From the IMG/VR virus record IMGVR_UViG_3300022561_000009: a stretch of DNA of 64,000 nucleotides; one strand, written 5' to 3'. A program made the translations under genes and the position numbers. Position 1 is the stretch's first letter, and each line of letters opens with the position of its first letter. The DNA comes from a virus. The notes beneath the pieces were generated by a model, which saw only the letters and a program-made list of their open reading frames with translations, had not been told where the DNA came from and did no database searches. Below are positions 27,371-35,410 of this stretch, one piece after another.

Positions 27371-27396
27371 AAGAAAAAGCACCCTGTGTAGAGTGC
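27371..27396 (-). terminator. rho-independent terminator after the HNH gene
   Basis: GCACUC/GGGUGC stem then UUUUUCUUAUGCC. Same 3' flank as the terminators at 9841 and 12794. Confidence 0.6.
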
Positions 27397-27410
27397 TTTG
27401 AGTTTCGTTA

Positions 27411-28373
27411 TTAGATTAAGGATAATTGCTGTTGATGGTTTTTATCGTAATTAAGATGGGTTAGTATTTTTTGCTCACGTTGTTTTGAGTAGAAAGGTTG
27501 GCGTGGATACCAAGTGAAGAAGTCCTGTGTGTGTTTACTTGCATTGCATGATCGGCAAGCGGGCAGAATATTGTCACGGCTAAACTCTCCTCCCTTTACA
27601 AGCGGAACCATATGTTCTTGTTCTAATGGTTTTTCCTTTCCACAGTAACAACACGAGTTATTGAAGTGTTTTCTTATATATGCCCACTGTTTAGCGGTTA
27701 ATGTTGATGGTAGATTCTTTTTTAATGTTCTATGCCTTTGTCCATATGTCTTAATTTCTTCTCGATGACATTCTCTATATTTTGTAGCTTGTACTTTTCT
27801 AACAACTTTGTTCTTCTGATAGCTTATCTTTCCCATGTCGGCTAAATGTTCCTTGTTGTCAATCCGATACACGCGTGAGTATTCTGCGCTTGATTCTTTA
27901 TGCTCTGAGCGATATTTCTTTTGGGCTGCATATACGGAAGGTTTGTTGTTTTCTCGATATAACTTTGACCTTTTGATTATAGGGTCTTTGTTTTCTCGGT
28001 AGAACTGTTTACTATAATTTGATTTTTCGTCCTTATGCCCAGCACGATATATTAAGTTTATAGCCATTATTGCTTCTTTATTATCTCTAAAATACTCTTG
28101 GTCACTCTTGGCAGTACATACCCTGCATATCCCCTTTAGTCCATCTTTACTATCTTTCCTTGGGCCAAAGTTCGTTGCTAGAAGTTCGTCTCCACACTCG
28201 GAACATATCTTAAAACCTTCCTTCGCAATAGGTTTTAGAGTTGTAAAGTTGCGCCCCCTACACTCTTTGCACATAGGGCATAGTCCATCTTTCTTAGCCG
28301 ATTGCGTACTGAAATGGTTTTTATCAGCAGGTAATTCTCGTTTGCACATGGAACACGTTTTTATTTCGGACAT
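27411..28373 (-). CDS. HNH homing endonuclease inserted between TerL and portal
   Basis: LTAKQWAYIRKHFNNSCCYCGKEKPLEQEHMVPLVKGGEFSRDNILPACRSCNASKH. CxxC fingers and YRxxNK basic repeats as in 12833..13540. Confidence 0.85.
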   Translation of the reverse strand: MSEIKTCSMCKRELPADKNHFSTQSAKKDGLCPMCKECRGRNFTTLKPIAKEGFKICSECGDELLATNFGPRKDSKDGLKGICRVCTAKSDQEYFRDNKEAIMAINLIYRAGHKDEKSNYSKQFYRENKDPIIKRSKLYRENNKPSVYAAQKKYRSEHKESSAEYSRVYRIDNKEHLADMGKISYQKNKVVRKVQATKYRECHREEIKTYGQRHRTLKKNLPSTLTAKQWAYIRKHFNNSCCYCGKEKPLEQEHMVPLVKGGEFSRDNILPACRSCNASKHTQDFFTWYPRQPFYSKQREQKILTHLNYDKNHQQQLSLI

Positions 28374-28481
28374 AAAAATTAATACCGCCTTTCGTATCTA
28401 TGCCTTAACTGATTAATGTGGAAGGTATTAAGGCAATACCTTGTTGGAAAGAGTAATTAATTCCTCCCTATCCACATCTAT

Positions 28482-28490
28482 ATTATACCA
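28482..28490 (-). promoter_or_regulatory. extended -10 promoter (TGGTATAAT) of the HNH gene
   Basis: Reverse complement TGGTATAAT just after the TerL stop. 5' UTR contains an AAGGTATT/AATACCTT hairpin. Confidence 0.5.
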
Positions 28491-28503
28491 TTTTGCGGGG
28501 ACT

Positions 28504-30345
28504 TTATCTACCGATTTTTTTTAAAATATAGACTCTTTCTTCCGCCGAAGCGTGGTTTAGGTCCTCAATAATATCGTCTGGAAGCTTAGAGTAATCGTGA
28601 TTCTCTTCTTTATACATGCTCATTTTCTGTTGGCTTCTTGACTCATTAGCTATCATATCGCTGAAAATCAAATCATCATGTTTACCGGGTTGTGCATCGG
28701 GTCGATTATTCTTGTCATAGACAAAGGTAAGGCACTCTCCGAGCATTTGTATATCCGTGAATAGCTCTATATGGTTTTCTAGCAAATCTACTAATTTATC
28801 TATAATGATAGGTCTGCTATTCCCATCAGTTTTAAAACCAAATTTACGTTGTATATCCTTTGCGATTTTATCATAACTTTCACGCATGTACTGCTTAGGG
28901 TATCTTAACCTTTCAAGCTCTTCAATAGGCGAGCTATTAAAGTTAACTTCCACGGAAATCAATGCCGAGTTAAAGTGTAATCCCAAGCAATACATCTGAT
29001 GCGTATATGGCTTACTATTGGTTGATTGCATATGGAGGGTTGCCACTCTTTTACCGGTGATGTTATTCAGCATTGTCCCAGTGAAGGCATCTCTCCCTTC
29101 TCCACTCGTATCACCACCAGCAACATAATGGTAATCCCTCTTAACATCTTCATAAATTGTAATCGTACCACTAGGGTCATCAATCCACTTAATCGAATCC
29201 TGCTTAATCTGATCTTGTGTTTCTCCATCCACCCACTCAAAACTAAAGCGTCCAACTTTCGGAGGATGTTCTTTGTATAACTTTTTAAGTTGGTTGATTC
29301 TTATTTTAATCAGTTCATTGGCGAACACAGGGCGGCCAGTTGCGAGGAAACTTTCCTCTGCGAACGATGGATTTTCTTGTCGCATAAGGTCCCTATCGTT
29401 GTTACAGTCATTCCTTAGCTTCCATCTATACCATGCTATTTGTTCAGCAGTTAAGTTATATAAATCAATGATATTCCGTTCATAACAAAAACTACATTTA
29501 CAATCCTTTTTATGGCCCCTTGATTCCTCTATACTTTCCTCTATGGCCTTTCTTTCCGTATCAGTCACAGGCATTTGATACAACGGGTAATCATGCCAAG
29601 CAAAGAACATAGGAACGAAGTCGTTTTCTCCTGCTACGGCCATATCCCATAGGTCCATAAATGAATTAGTTCCATTCGCGGTAGATTCTATAAGGACTAT
29701 CGTTCCCGGTACGTTAGGGACCGATTGTAGTATCCCTGCTAAACTTCTCAACGGATCACCTGAGTAAAACGCAAACTCTGATAGGTGAACATAATGATAG
29801 GTGTCAGACCGTCCAATACCATCACTACCGGCGGTCTGGACTTTTATCATTGAGTTAAGTCCTTGTTTCTTACCTTTGTGATTAGGAGGTGCATCAAAGA
29901 TTAACTCACGCGCATTAGAAGCCTTCTGCAATGGCTTGATATGTTCCGGTAGCGCATTGTACATATATTTTGCCTTACCAAAGATCGAGGACGTTGAATC
30001 GTCTCTGTGGGCGACTACTAAAGCGTTTCTGTTTTTATTTTTAACGGCTCCGCAAAGTATCTTCGCTTGAGTATACGTTGAACAGCCTTCCTGTCTAGCC
30101 TTCAGCACAATGATTCTAGCAGGGATTCCTTTTGACTCAAGTTCTTTAATCTTATCGTCAATCTGTTTTTGTATTGGGTTATATTCAAAGGGAACTTGTT
30201 GACCTTCTTTGTTGACAATCTTGATATAGTATTTGCAAAAATAAAAGTCGTCACGTTTCGCTTGTTCTTCATGTATCTGTGCCAGTGTTGGCATATCACT
30301 CGCTTTAAGTTTAGGCTTCTTGACAGGTTCCTTTGCGACTACCAT
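28504..30345 (-). CDS. terL: terminase large subunit
   Basis: 613 aa. VLKARQEGCSTY ATPase-type motif, acidic nuclease half. Position upstream of portal. Confidence 0.8.
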   Translation of the reverse strand: MVVAKEPVKKPKLKASDMPTLAQIHEEQAKRDDFYFCKYYIKIVNKEGQQVPFEYNPIQKQIDDKIKELESKGIPARIIVLKARQEGCSTYTQAKILCGAVKNKNRNALVVAHRDDSTSSIFGKAKYMYNALPEHIKPLQKASNARELIFDAPPNHKGKKQGLNSMIKVQTAGSDGIGRSDTYHYVHLSEFAFYSGDPLRSLAGILQSVPNVPGTIVLIESTANGTNSFMDLWDMAVAGENDFVPMFFAWHDYPLYQMPVTDTERKAIEESIEESRGHKKDCKCSFCYERNIIDLYNLTAEQIAWYRWKLRNDCNNDRDLMRQENPSFAEESFLATGRPVFANELIKIRINQLKKLYKEHPPKVGRFSFEWVDGETQDQIKQDSIKWIDDPSGTITIYEDVKRDYHYVAGGDTSGEGRDAFTGTMLNNITGKRVATLHMQSTNSKPYTHQMYCLGLHFNSALISVEVNFNSSPIEELERLRYPKQYMRESYDKIAKDIQRKFGFKTDGNSRPIIIDKLVDLLENHIELFTDIQMLGECLTFVYDKNNRPDAQPGKHDDLIFSDMIANESRSQQKMSMYKEENHDYSKLPDDIIEDLNHASAEERVYILKKIGR

Positions 30346-30411
30346 TTTGGTTTCCTCCTTTCCTCAAGGCTTTATTTATAAAATTAATTGGCAAGGGCAT
30401 GCCAAAATTAG

Positions 30412-30675
30412 TTATTCACTAATGGTTGTATGTGTCTCACCTTTCGCTCTATTGCTGAACGATATTTCATAATACGGAACTTGCGAAAAGGTGAAGTTTA
30501 ATTCAATGGCCGCCGTTCTTTTCATGTTTTCAAGGCACTTTAAAAATGGGTTCAACAGTCTAGGTTCTAAGATAAACCTCTTTTTCTCAAGGGAAAATCT
30601 TACAGCTTCTTCAATGCTTTGGGCGGGAATTATCATACTCTCTGAAGTACACGGGATATCATTTATGTTTAACAT
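30412..30675 (-). CDS. hypothetical protein
   Basis: Start moved to ATG 30675 (RBS GAAAGGA); the upstream part of the track ORF is low-complexity (GIGIGIG) without an RBS. Confidence 0.45.
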   Translation of the reverse strand: MLNINDIPCTSESMIIPAQSIEEAVRFSLEKKRFILEPRLLNPFLKCLENMKRTAAIELNFTFSQVPYYEISFSNRAKGETHTTISE

Positions 30676-30809
30676 ATTACCACGTCCTTTCTTAGCCTTA
30701 CCAATACCAATACCAATACCATTACCGTTTGCCCTTGCCAAAATTAAACTTGCGTTAGATATTCCTTGTAATCGAATATTTAATCAACAATTCAACCCCT
30801 CTGCCCCTG

Positions 30810-31202
30810 CTATATACCAGCCAATAGTAACTTGGGTTTCTCTACCCACCAAGTATCGGGACAAAACTTTAAATCAATATGTACTTCTTCTAATATTTCA
30901 TCTGCTTCAAAATAATACTGAACATTCTTTTTCCAAACTTCGTACATATATTTATTACGTTCAATCTGTTCATCGGGCCATTTTACATATAATCGTTCAT
31001 ATTCTTCAAAGGGCATAATGACTGATATATCAATATCCCTTGGTACTTCTTTTTCTAAAGTTGAACCGACAAGATATACTTTATACCCAGTACGATTAGC
31101 AACTTGTTCAGCCCACTTTCTAAGTTTAATAAACATTAGCCAAGTCATAGGTTTATAGTCATAACCATGAGGTGGCCTTTTGCTCAATATAGGTTCATTC
31201 AT
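30810..31202 (-). CDS. minimal nucleotidyltransferase-fold protein (Pol-beta superfamily)
   Basis: KVYLVGSTLEKEVPRDIDISV shows the G-S ... D-x-D signature of minimal nucleotidyltransferases. 130 aa. Confidence 0.6.
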   Translation of the reverse strand: MNEPILSKRPPHGYDYKPMTWLMFIKLRKWAEQVANRTGYKVYLVGSTLEKEVPRDIDISVIMPFEEYERLYVKWPDEQIERNKYMYEVWKKNVQYYFEADEILEEVHIDLKFCPDTWWVEKPKLLLAGI

Positions 31203-31440
31203 TAACTACCCTCAGCTTCCTTCTCCTACTATCCGCTTCGTATCCAGCATAGAAGGCTTTCTCTTTAGCAGTAGCGGAACAGGTTATTGCAACGGTATCT
31301 TTCTCAATCTCCATGTTCTCATCATAAAACTGAACGTACACATTGACGGAACCAACCATCTTCCCATGCTCTTGAATAAGTCCAAGCAAGGTATTTGCCA
31401 TCACTTCAGGCGTTATTCCTTTTTCAAACTTAATTCGCAT
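31195..31440 (-). CDS. hypothetical protein
   Basis: 81-aa ORF, overlaps both neighbours by a few codons (operon-like coupling). Confidence 0.5.
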   Translation of the reverse strand: MRIKFEKGITPEVMANTLLGLIQEHGKMVGSVNVYVQFYDENMEIEKDTVAITCSATAKEKAFYAGYEADSRRRKLRVVNE

Positions 31441-31982
31441 GGTATCGACCTCCCTTTAGCAAATAGATTGCCGGTCATTTTATAACCAAGTTTGTCATGT
31501 TTCATTAGCCCCAACTCGACTAACTTCTTGGTAAACCGTTTTACACTCGAAGTACTTACTCCAAGTGCTTGCGTTATATCCCCTTGGTTCATGTTTCTCT
31601 TTTTCTTTCCTCTACCTGTGGTCAATGTCCCTGTATCCCATTCCACAGAAGGGGTTAGTCTGACACACATACCGATATGTTCATTGCTCAGTTTATCTTT
31701 TGGGTATTTGTCTATTTCACTAATGAAGATTTTCGCATACGAAAGTTTACCGCCTGTATGTTTCGGTTTTACGGCTTCATCATCTTTTGACTTTCGTTTC
31801 TGTTGCGGGTTATTCCAAAACCCATAAGTCGGTGATTCTGTTTGAAGTTGATTTATCTTTATTGTCACAAACTCTCTACTAGCATCGAGTCTATCAACGC
31901 CAATAGAGCACATTGTATCGACAACACTAACTTCTTTGTTCATAAATTTAAGTAGTTGTTTGTCCATATATTGACGTTTCAC
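31413..31982 (-). CDS. winged-HTH DNA-binding protein (RepL-like pattern)
   Basis: NMNQGDITQALGVSTSSVKRFTKKLVELGLMKHDKLGYKMTGNLFAKG resembles the wHTH of RepL-type replication/regulatory proteins. Start uncertain (GTG 31982 or ATG 31967). Confidence 0.45.
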   Translation of the reverse strand: MKRQYMDKQLLKFMNKEVSVVDTMCSIGVDRLDASREFVTIKINQLQTESPTYGFWNNPQQKRKSKDDEAVKPKHTGGKLSYAKIFISEIDKYPKDKLSNEHIGMCVRLTPSVEWDTGTLTTGRGKKKRNMNQGDITQALGVSTSSVKRFTKKLVELGLMKHDKLGYKMTGNLFAKGRSIPCELSLKKE

Positions 31983-32120
31983 CTCACTTTATTTTGGGTC
32001 AAATCTGACCCTTTTTAAATTGGCCTTATCCTTACTCCCCCTAAGCGTTCAGCGATTCGGTGGTTACAGCCGTTTATAGTACCTATTATTTTGTCGTTAG
32101 CAACGCTCATTTGAACAACA

Positions 32121-32159
32121 CAAAAACCCCTCATAAAATATATATGGGGGGTCTGTTTT
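32121..32159 (-). terminator. bidirectional hairpin terminator
   Basis: AAAAA-CCCCTCAT...ATGGGGGG-TCTGTTTTT, downstream of 32205..32423. Confidence 0.55.
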
Positions 32160-32204
32160 TATTTAAGTACCTAAGCTAATTTATGGGTAGTAGGGGGTGC
32201 TTTT

Positions 32205-32423
32205 TTATTTACACAATCCTTCGTACACGGATTTGTATTCTAGTAACTCATTGTACTCTTTGAGCGTTAAACTCCTACGCTCTCCTGTATCCGTATAAAC
32301 TGTAGGTAACACATTCTTAATTCCCTCAATATCTTTTAGTGACTCTCTGATTTTCTCAGTTAATTCATTTAATGTTTCCGGTGTATTGTCAATGTCTATT
32401 TCTAAGATGTATTTGTAAAGCAT
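32205..32423 (-). CDS. hypothetical protein
   Basis: 72-aa ORF. RBS AGGAGTTG upstream of ATG 32423. Confidence 0.55.
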   Translation of the reverse strand: MLYKYILEIDIDNTPETLNELTEKIRESLKDIEGIKNVLPTVYTDTGERRSLTLKEYNELLEYKSVYEGLCK

Positions 32424-32754
32424 TTAATCAACTCCTAAAAGTATTTGAAGGGTTGTTATAACTTTGTAGATAAATATATATACACAAGCCCCTTTACTCC
32501 GCTGGTAAATCCGTGCCCATGGGGGGGTCGAATTCTACTTTCTCAATTGGTCCAAGCATCCAGTCAGGCAAGGCAGATCAAGAGGAAGAGCGGGCAAAAG
32601 CAAAGGCCTGCCTTATGGGATGAAGCAGAAATGATGCATTGATATGGCAAGGCATACAATAGATACAGCCGGCAGCATATCAGATTGGATGCCAGGTGAA
32701 GGAATAAGGGATAGAATAAACTTATGAAAATGTACGTTTTCTATAGTTTTACTA

Positions 32755-33264
32755 TCATTCAGGCAATAGTACTTGGCTTTTCTCCATAATGTCAGCTACT
32801 CTCAATAGATCATCATTACTGAGATTAGCTATATTAGTAAGCGCAATGGGACCGCCATCTAGCCCAGTTATCTCAGTTTCAGTCTTATCCTTGTATCCAA
32901 GGCAATTCTTACCGAAGAACTGAGCGAATTGTGAGTTATAGAGATTTGACATGCCATTAACTAGCCAGATATGCTCTTGAAGTTGCTTGGCCCGCGCGTA
33001 TGCTTCGGAGAAAGCTTCATTATCATCCTTCCATCTATGCAAAGTATCAACATGAACCCCTATTTTATCGGCAAAGTCCTGAAAAGTTGGAAGGTCTGCT
33101 GCAACTGGGTATTCTTCCTTAGATTTTAATGTACCATCAGCATAGAAAGTTTCTTTGCTCTTCATTACTTGAGCTGGAACTCTAAAATGTTCTATAATCA
33201 GATCACAATATTCCGGCTTATACTTCGTTGGTTGTCCTTGTCCTGCCATCTTAAACAGCTCCAT
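32755..33264 (-). CDS. terS: terminase small subunit
   Basis: GQPTKYKPEYCDLIIEHF...FQDFADKIGVHVDTLHRWKDDNEAFSEAYARAKQLQEHIWLVNGMSNLYNSQFAQFFGKNCLGYKDK is the typical gp3-like small-terminase pattern. Alternative start ATG 33249. Confidence 0.8.
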   Translation of the reverse strand: MELFKMAGQGQPTKYKPEYCDLIIEHFRVPAQVMKSKETFYADGTLKSKEEYPVAADLPTFQDFADKIGVHVDTLHRWKDDNEAFSEAYARAKQLQEHIWLVNGMSNLYNSQFAQFFGKNCLGYKDKTETEITGLDGGPIALTNIANLSNDDLLRVADIMEKSQVLLPE

Positions 33265-33793
33265 TCATCCATTGTTTAATCTTAATCAATCTATCTTCAT
33301 CAAAGAACGCTATCTCTTTCCTATACCATTCTTCCATATCATTATTGCTCTTCCATATATTAAGCGGAGCGTCACACGGTAACACGTTGCATTTTTCATG
33401 CCCTCCATACTTCTTTAATGGCTTAATATGGTCCATTGACATGTGAATCATTGGCCTGCCTGAATAAGCGTCAAGTCCATCAAAGAAATCAATACACTCT
33501 ATCCATTCAGCAGTTGTTAAGGTATTCGGCGCGCCTGGTAATACTCGCTTACTATGAACAGTCACTAAACCTTCTTTGTGGTTGTATCCAATCTGCCTAT
33601 TGAGCATAATTTCTCGATGATCTAAATATCTCTTAGCTCCATATTCAGCGGTGCAGGTTTTACATTGAGAGAATAACTTATCTGTTTTATTGTAGGATCT
33701 GGCGAAGAATTCATTCGTTGCAGGCTGAACTACTTTACATTTGGTGCACCTCTTCATGCCTTCGGGTAATTCTTCCTTGATGTGTTTTGTCAT
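33251..33793 (-). CDS. HNH endonuclease adjacent to terS (packaging-associated type)
   Basis: CxxC N-terminus. MSMDHIKPLKKYGGHEKCNVLPCDAPLNIWKSN is an HNH core. Overlaps terS. Confidence 0.8.
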   Translation of the reverse strand: MTKHIKEELPEGMKRCTKCKVVQPATNEFFARSYNKTDKLFSQCKTCTAEYGAKRYLDHREIMLNRQIGYNHKEGLVTVHSKRVLPGAPNTLTTAEWIECIDFFDGLDAYSGRPMIHMSMDHIKPLKKYGGHEKCNVLPCDAPLNIWKSNNDMEEWYRKEIAFFDEDRLIKIKQWMNGAV

Positions 33794-33838
33794 TCTTAAA
33801 TCACTCTCCTACTATTATTTTCTCCTACTAGCGAACAC

Positions 33839-33875
33839 AAAAAAGGAACCTGGCCCATAGGAGGAAACCAGGTCC
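33839..33875 (-). terminator. rho-independent terminator upstream of HNH-terS
   Basis: GGACCTGG...CCAGGTTCC stem followed by UUUUUU on the minus strand. Confidence 0.7.
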
Positions 33876-34225
33876 ATATATAATCTGCTTGCTTATGGCA
33901 GAAACTTAGCTACCTTCTATAAGCTCACAAATAGCGCATCTAATACATTTATACTAAATGAGCTATTACTAAGCTCATACAGCTCCACAGAGTCTACACG
34001 TCGAATATAAGTAATATGTATAGCGCATCTACTCCCCATGAAGCAGTTTATCATTCTGCTGTGCGCTCCTCATGTTTGCGGTCCCTCCCCGTTTGTCACC
34101 TTCCGTTCTCGTCTTGCCTTCTTGATCCATTTAGATATCATTACACGCACCTCCTTCTCTATCATCTCTGCCGGCGAAGTTATCTCTATTAATAAGAGAG
34201 TGCCGTGCAAACAGATTTTATTGAC

Positions 34226-34240
34226 ATATGTCTTGACATC
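34226..34240 (+). promoter_or_regulatory. operator/-35 box copy 1 (ATATGTCTTGACATC)
   Basis: 15-mer identical to 34491-34505. Overlaps a TTGACA upstream of the RHH gene. Confidence 0.55.
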
Positions 34241-34275
34241 GTGATACCATTACACATAAAGGAGTTGAACTAATA

Positions 34276-34434
34276 ATGGCAGAAATAGACACCCGCGAGC
34301 GCATGACGTTGCGAATAACAGAGGACATCTGGCGACTAATCAAAATTGATCTAATGGACAAAAAGGAGCCATCAGCCAACGAGCTAATCACCAAGCTACT
34401 ATATAAGCATTACAACTTACCTCAGCCGGAATAG
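34276..34434 (+). CDS. ribbon-helix-helix regulator, 52 aa (first gene of the plus-strand block)
   Basis: Manual ORF MAEIDTRERMTLRITEDIWRLIKIDLMDKKEPSANELITKLLYKHYNLPQPE. RBS AAGGAG. Flanked by two copies of the same operator. Confidence 0.65.
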   Translation: MAEIDTRERMTLRITEDIWRLIKIDLMDKKEPSANELITKLLYKHYNLPQPE

Positions 34435-34445
34435 CTGGGGTTTTT
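34420..34445 (+). terminator. rho-independent terminator after the RHH gene
   Basis: CCUCAGC/GCUGGGG 7-bp stem followed by UUUUU. Confidence 0.6.
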
Positions 34446-34490
34446 CTATGCCCTAAATTGTGTGTGAAAATAGTACAATGAATTACTATA

Positions 34491-34526
34491 ATATGTCTTG
34501 ACATCAAGACATCATGGTAGTAGTAT
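34491..34526 (+). promoter_or_regulatory. promoter with palindromic operator (ATGTCTTGA-CA-TCAAGACAT)
   Basis: -35 TTGACA 34498-34503, 17-nt spacer, -10 TAGTAT 34521-34526. A perfect 9-bp inverted repeat spans the -35. Confidence 0.6.
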
Positions 34527-34564
34527 AAGTGACAAGAAGTAAAACATTTGAGGGGGAAAACAAA

Positions 34565-34843
34565 ATGACAAAGAGCGAAATGAAGCAAGAATACAACGAG
34601 CTCTGGGCATTATCCAACAACACAATGAACGATATCAGGGACACAGACACCTACACTAAAGACAATAAGTATTACGAATACATTGGGAGAAACGATCACA
34701 GCCTCTATTGTCTCGGAGGATCAGGAAGTTGGAGAATGAATAAACTCACCAAAACAGAACTAGCCAAAAAGATTATCCTGATAACTGAACAGCTCGGAAT
34801 ATTCAACACGATGCTCACTCAGCAATTAGCAAAAATAAACTAA
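34565..34843 (+). CDS. hypothetical protein
   Basis: 92 aa. ATG 34565 follows GAGGGGGA. Confidence 0.6.
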   Translation: MTKSEMKQEYNELWALSNNTMNDIRDTDTYTKDNKYYEYIGRNDHSLYCLGGSGSWRMNKLTKTELAKKIILITEQLGIFNTMLTQQLAKIN

Positions 34844-34887
34844 CTATCACAAGCGAGCTGGCGCATCCAGCGTAAGGAGGAAATAAA

Positions 34888-35052
34888 ATGGGTAAATGGA
34901 TAACAGGTGTTTATAAGAGTGAGCTACATTTTACCAGTGTTTATGTGGAGGATGGCCAAGATGAATTAGACGTATTATTTCCCGAAGGATATGAGGGAGA
35001 AATGTGGATATCTGATTTAAAAATAACCTCAGAACAACTAGACGAAGAATAA
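34888..35052 (+). CDS. hypothetical small protein, 54 aa
   Basis: Manual ORF MGKWITGVYKSELHFTSVYVEDGQDELDVLFPEGYEGEMWISDLKITSEQLDEE. RBS AAGGAGG. Confidence 0.55.
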   Translation: MGKWITGVYKSELHFTSVYVEDGQDELDVLFPEGYEGEMWISDLKITSEQLDEE

Positions 35053-35154
35053 TAGAATCCCGTTATCATTCTGAGAGCTTGTGCTCTCGTCCATACTTCC
35101 TAAAACTAGGGAGCGTGGACGAACGCAGAAACTAAATGAAAGAAGGCAAAACAC

Positions 35155-35322
35155 ATGAAAAACTTAATCTATATTCCTGGTTGGGGCCATTGCCAATTAA
35201 AAGAAACTATCAAGTCAATTCCAGTCAAGGCGCATTATTGCGGGACCGCAGAAGGCGAAGATGAGTCGAGCGAATACAGCATCTACGAAAAAGACAATAC
35301 ATTCTACTGCCTAGCTGAATAA
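35155..35322 (+). CDS. hypothetical small protein, 55 aa
   Basis: Manual ORF MKNLIYIPGWGHCQLKETIKSIPVKAHYCGTAEGEDESSEYSIYEKDNTFYCLAE. RBS GAAAGAAGG. Confidence 0.55.
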   Translation: MKNLIYIPGWGHCQLKETIKSIPVKAHYCGTAEGEDESSEYSIYEKDNTFYCLAE

Positions 35323-35329
35323 CATCCCT

Positions 35330-35382
35330 TCCCACCTGATGAGCTGGAAACAGCGAAACACGGTCAAAGCCGTGTCGTGGGA
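35330..35382 (+). ncRNA. hammerhead self-cleaving ribozyme (stem I open, type I topology)
   Basis: UCCCAC-CUGAUGA-GCUG(GAAA)CAGC-GAAA-CACGG(UCAAAG)CCGUG-UC/GUGGGA. Complete conserved core, G10.1-C11.1, A15.1-U16.1, GUC triplet. Predicted cleavage after C35376. Confidence 0.8.
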
Positions 35383-35410
35383 TAAACCACAAACGAAAGG
35401 AGCCAACACC

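Noticed and set aside
30412-30675. C-terminal NRAKGETH as a HEPN Rx4-6H motif, which would make a HEPN-MNT toxin-antitoxin pair with the neighbouring nucleotidyltransferase.
   Set aside because: It is a single weak motif at the extreme C-terminus of an 87-aa protein, with no other HEPN features and a 134-nt gap to the nucleotidyltransferase gene. Mentioned only as context.
32521-32540. GGGGGGTCGAATTC resembling a tRNA T-arm (GGTTCGAATCC).
   Set aside because: There is no complementary T-stem strand, acceptor stem or anticodon arm around it.
32445-32642. 65-aa plus-strand ORF in the terS-downstream gap.
   Set aside because: It has a TTG-type start without an RBS and runs opposite to all neighbours. 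The region is dominated by long-range RNA/DNA helices.
34038-34588. Track ORFs 34038..34244(+) and 34388..34588(-) in the control region of the plus-strand block.
   Set aside because: They have no RBS, overlap promoters, operators and the RHH gene, and the sequence is better explained by regulatory elements.
35339-35410. N-terminal 24 codons of track ORF 35339..35731.
   Set aside because: There is no RBS at 35339. The segment is the hammerhead ribozyme, and the real start is ATG 35411 behind AAAGGAG.
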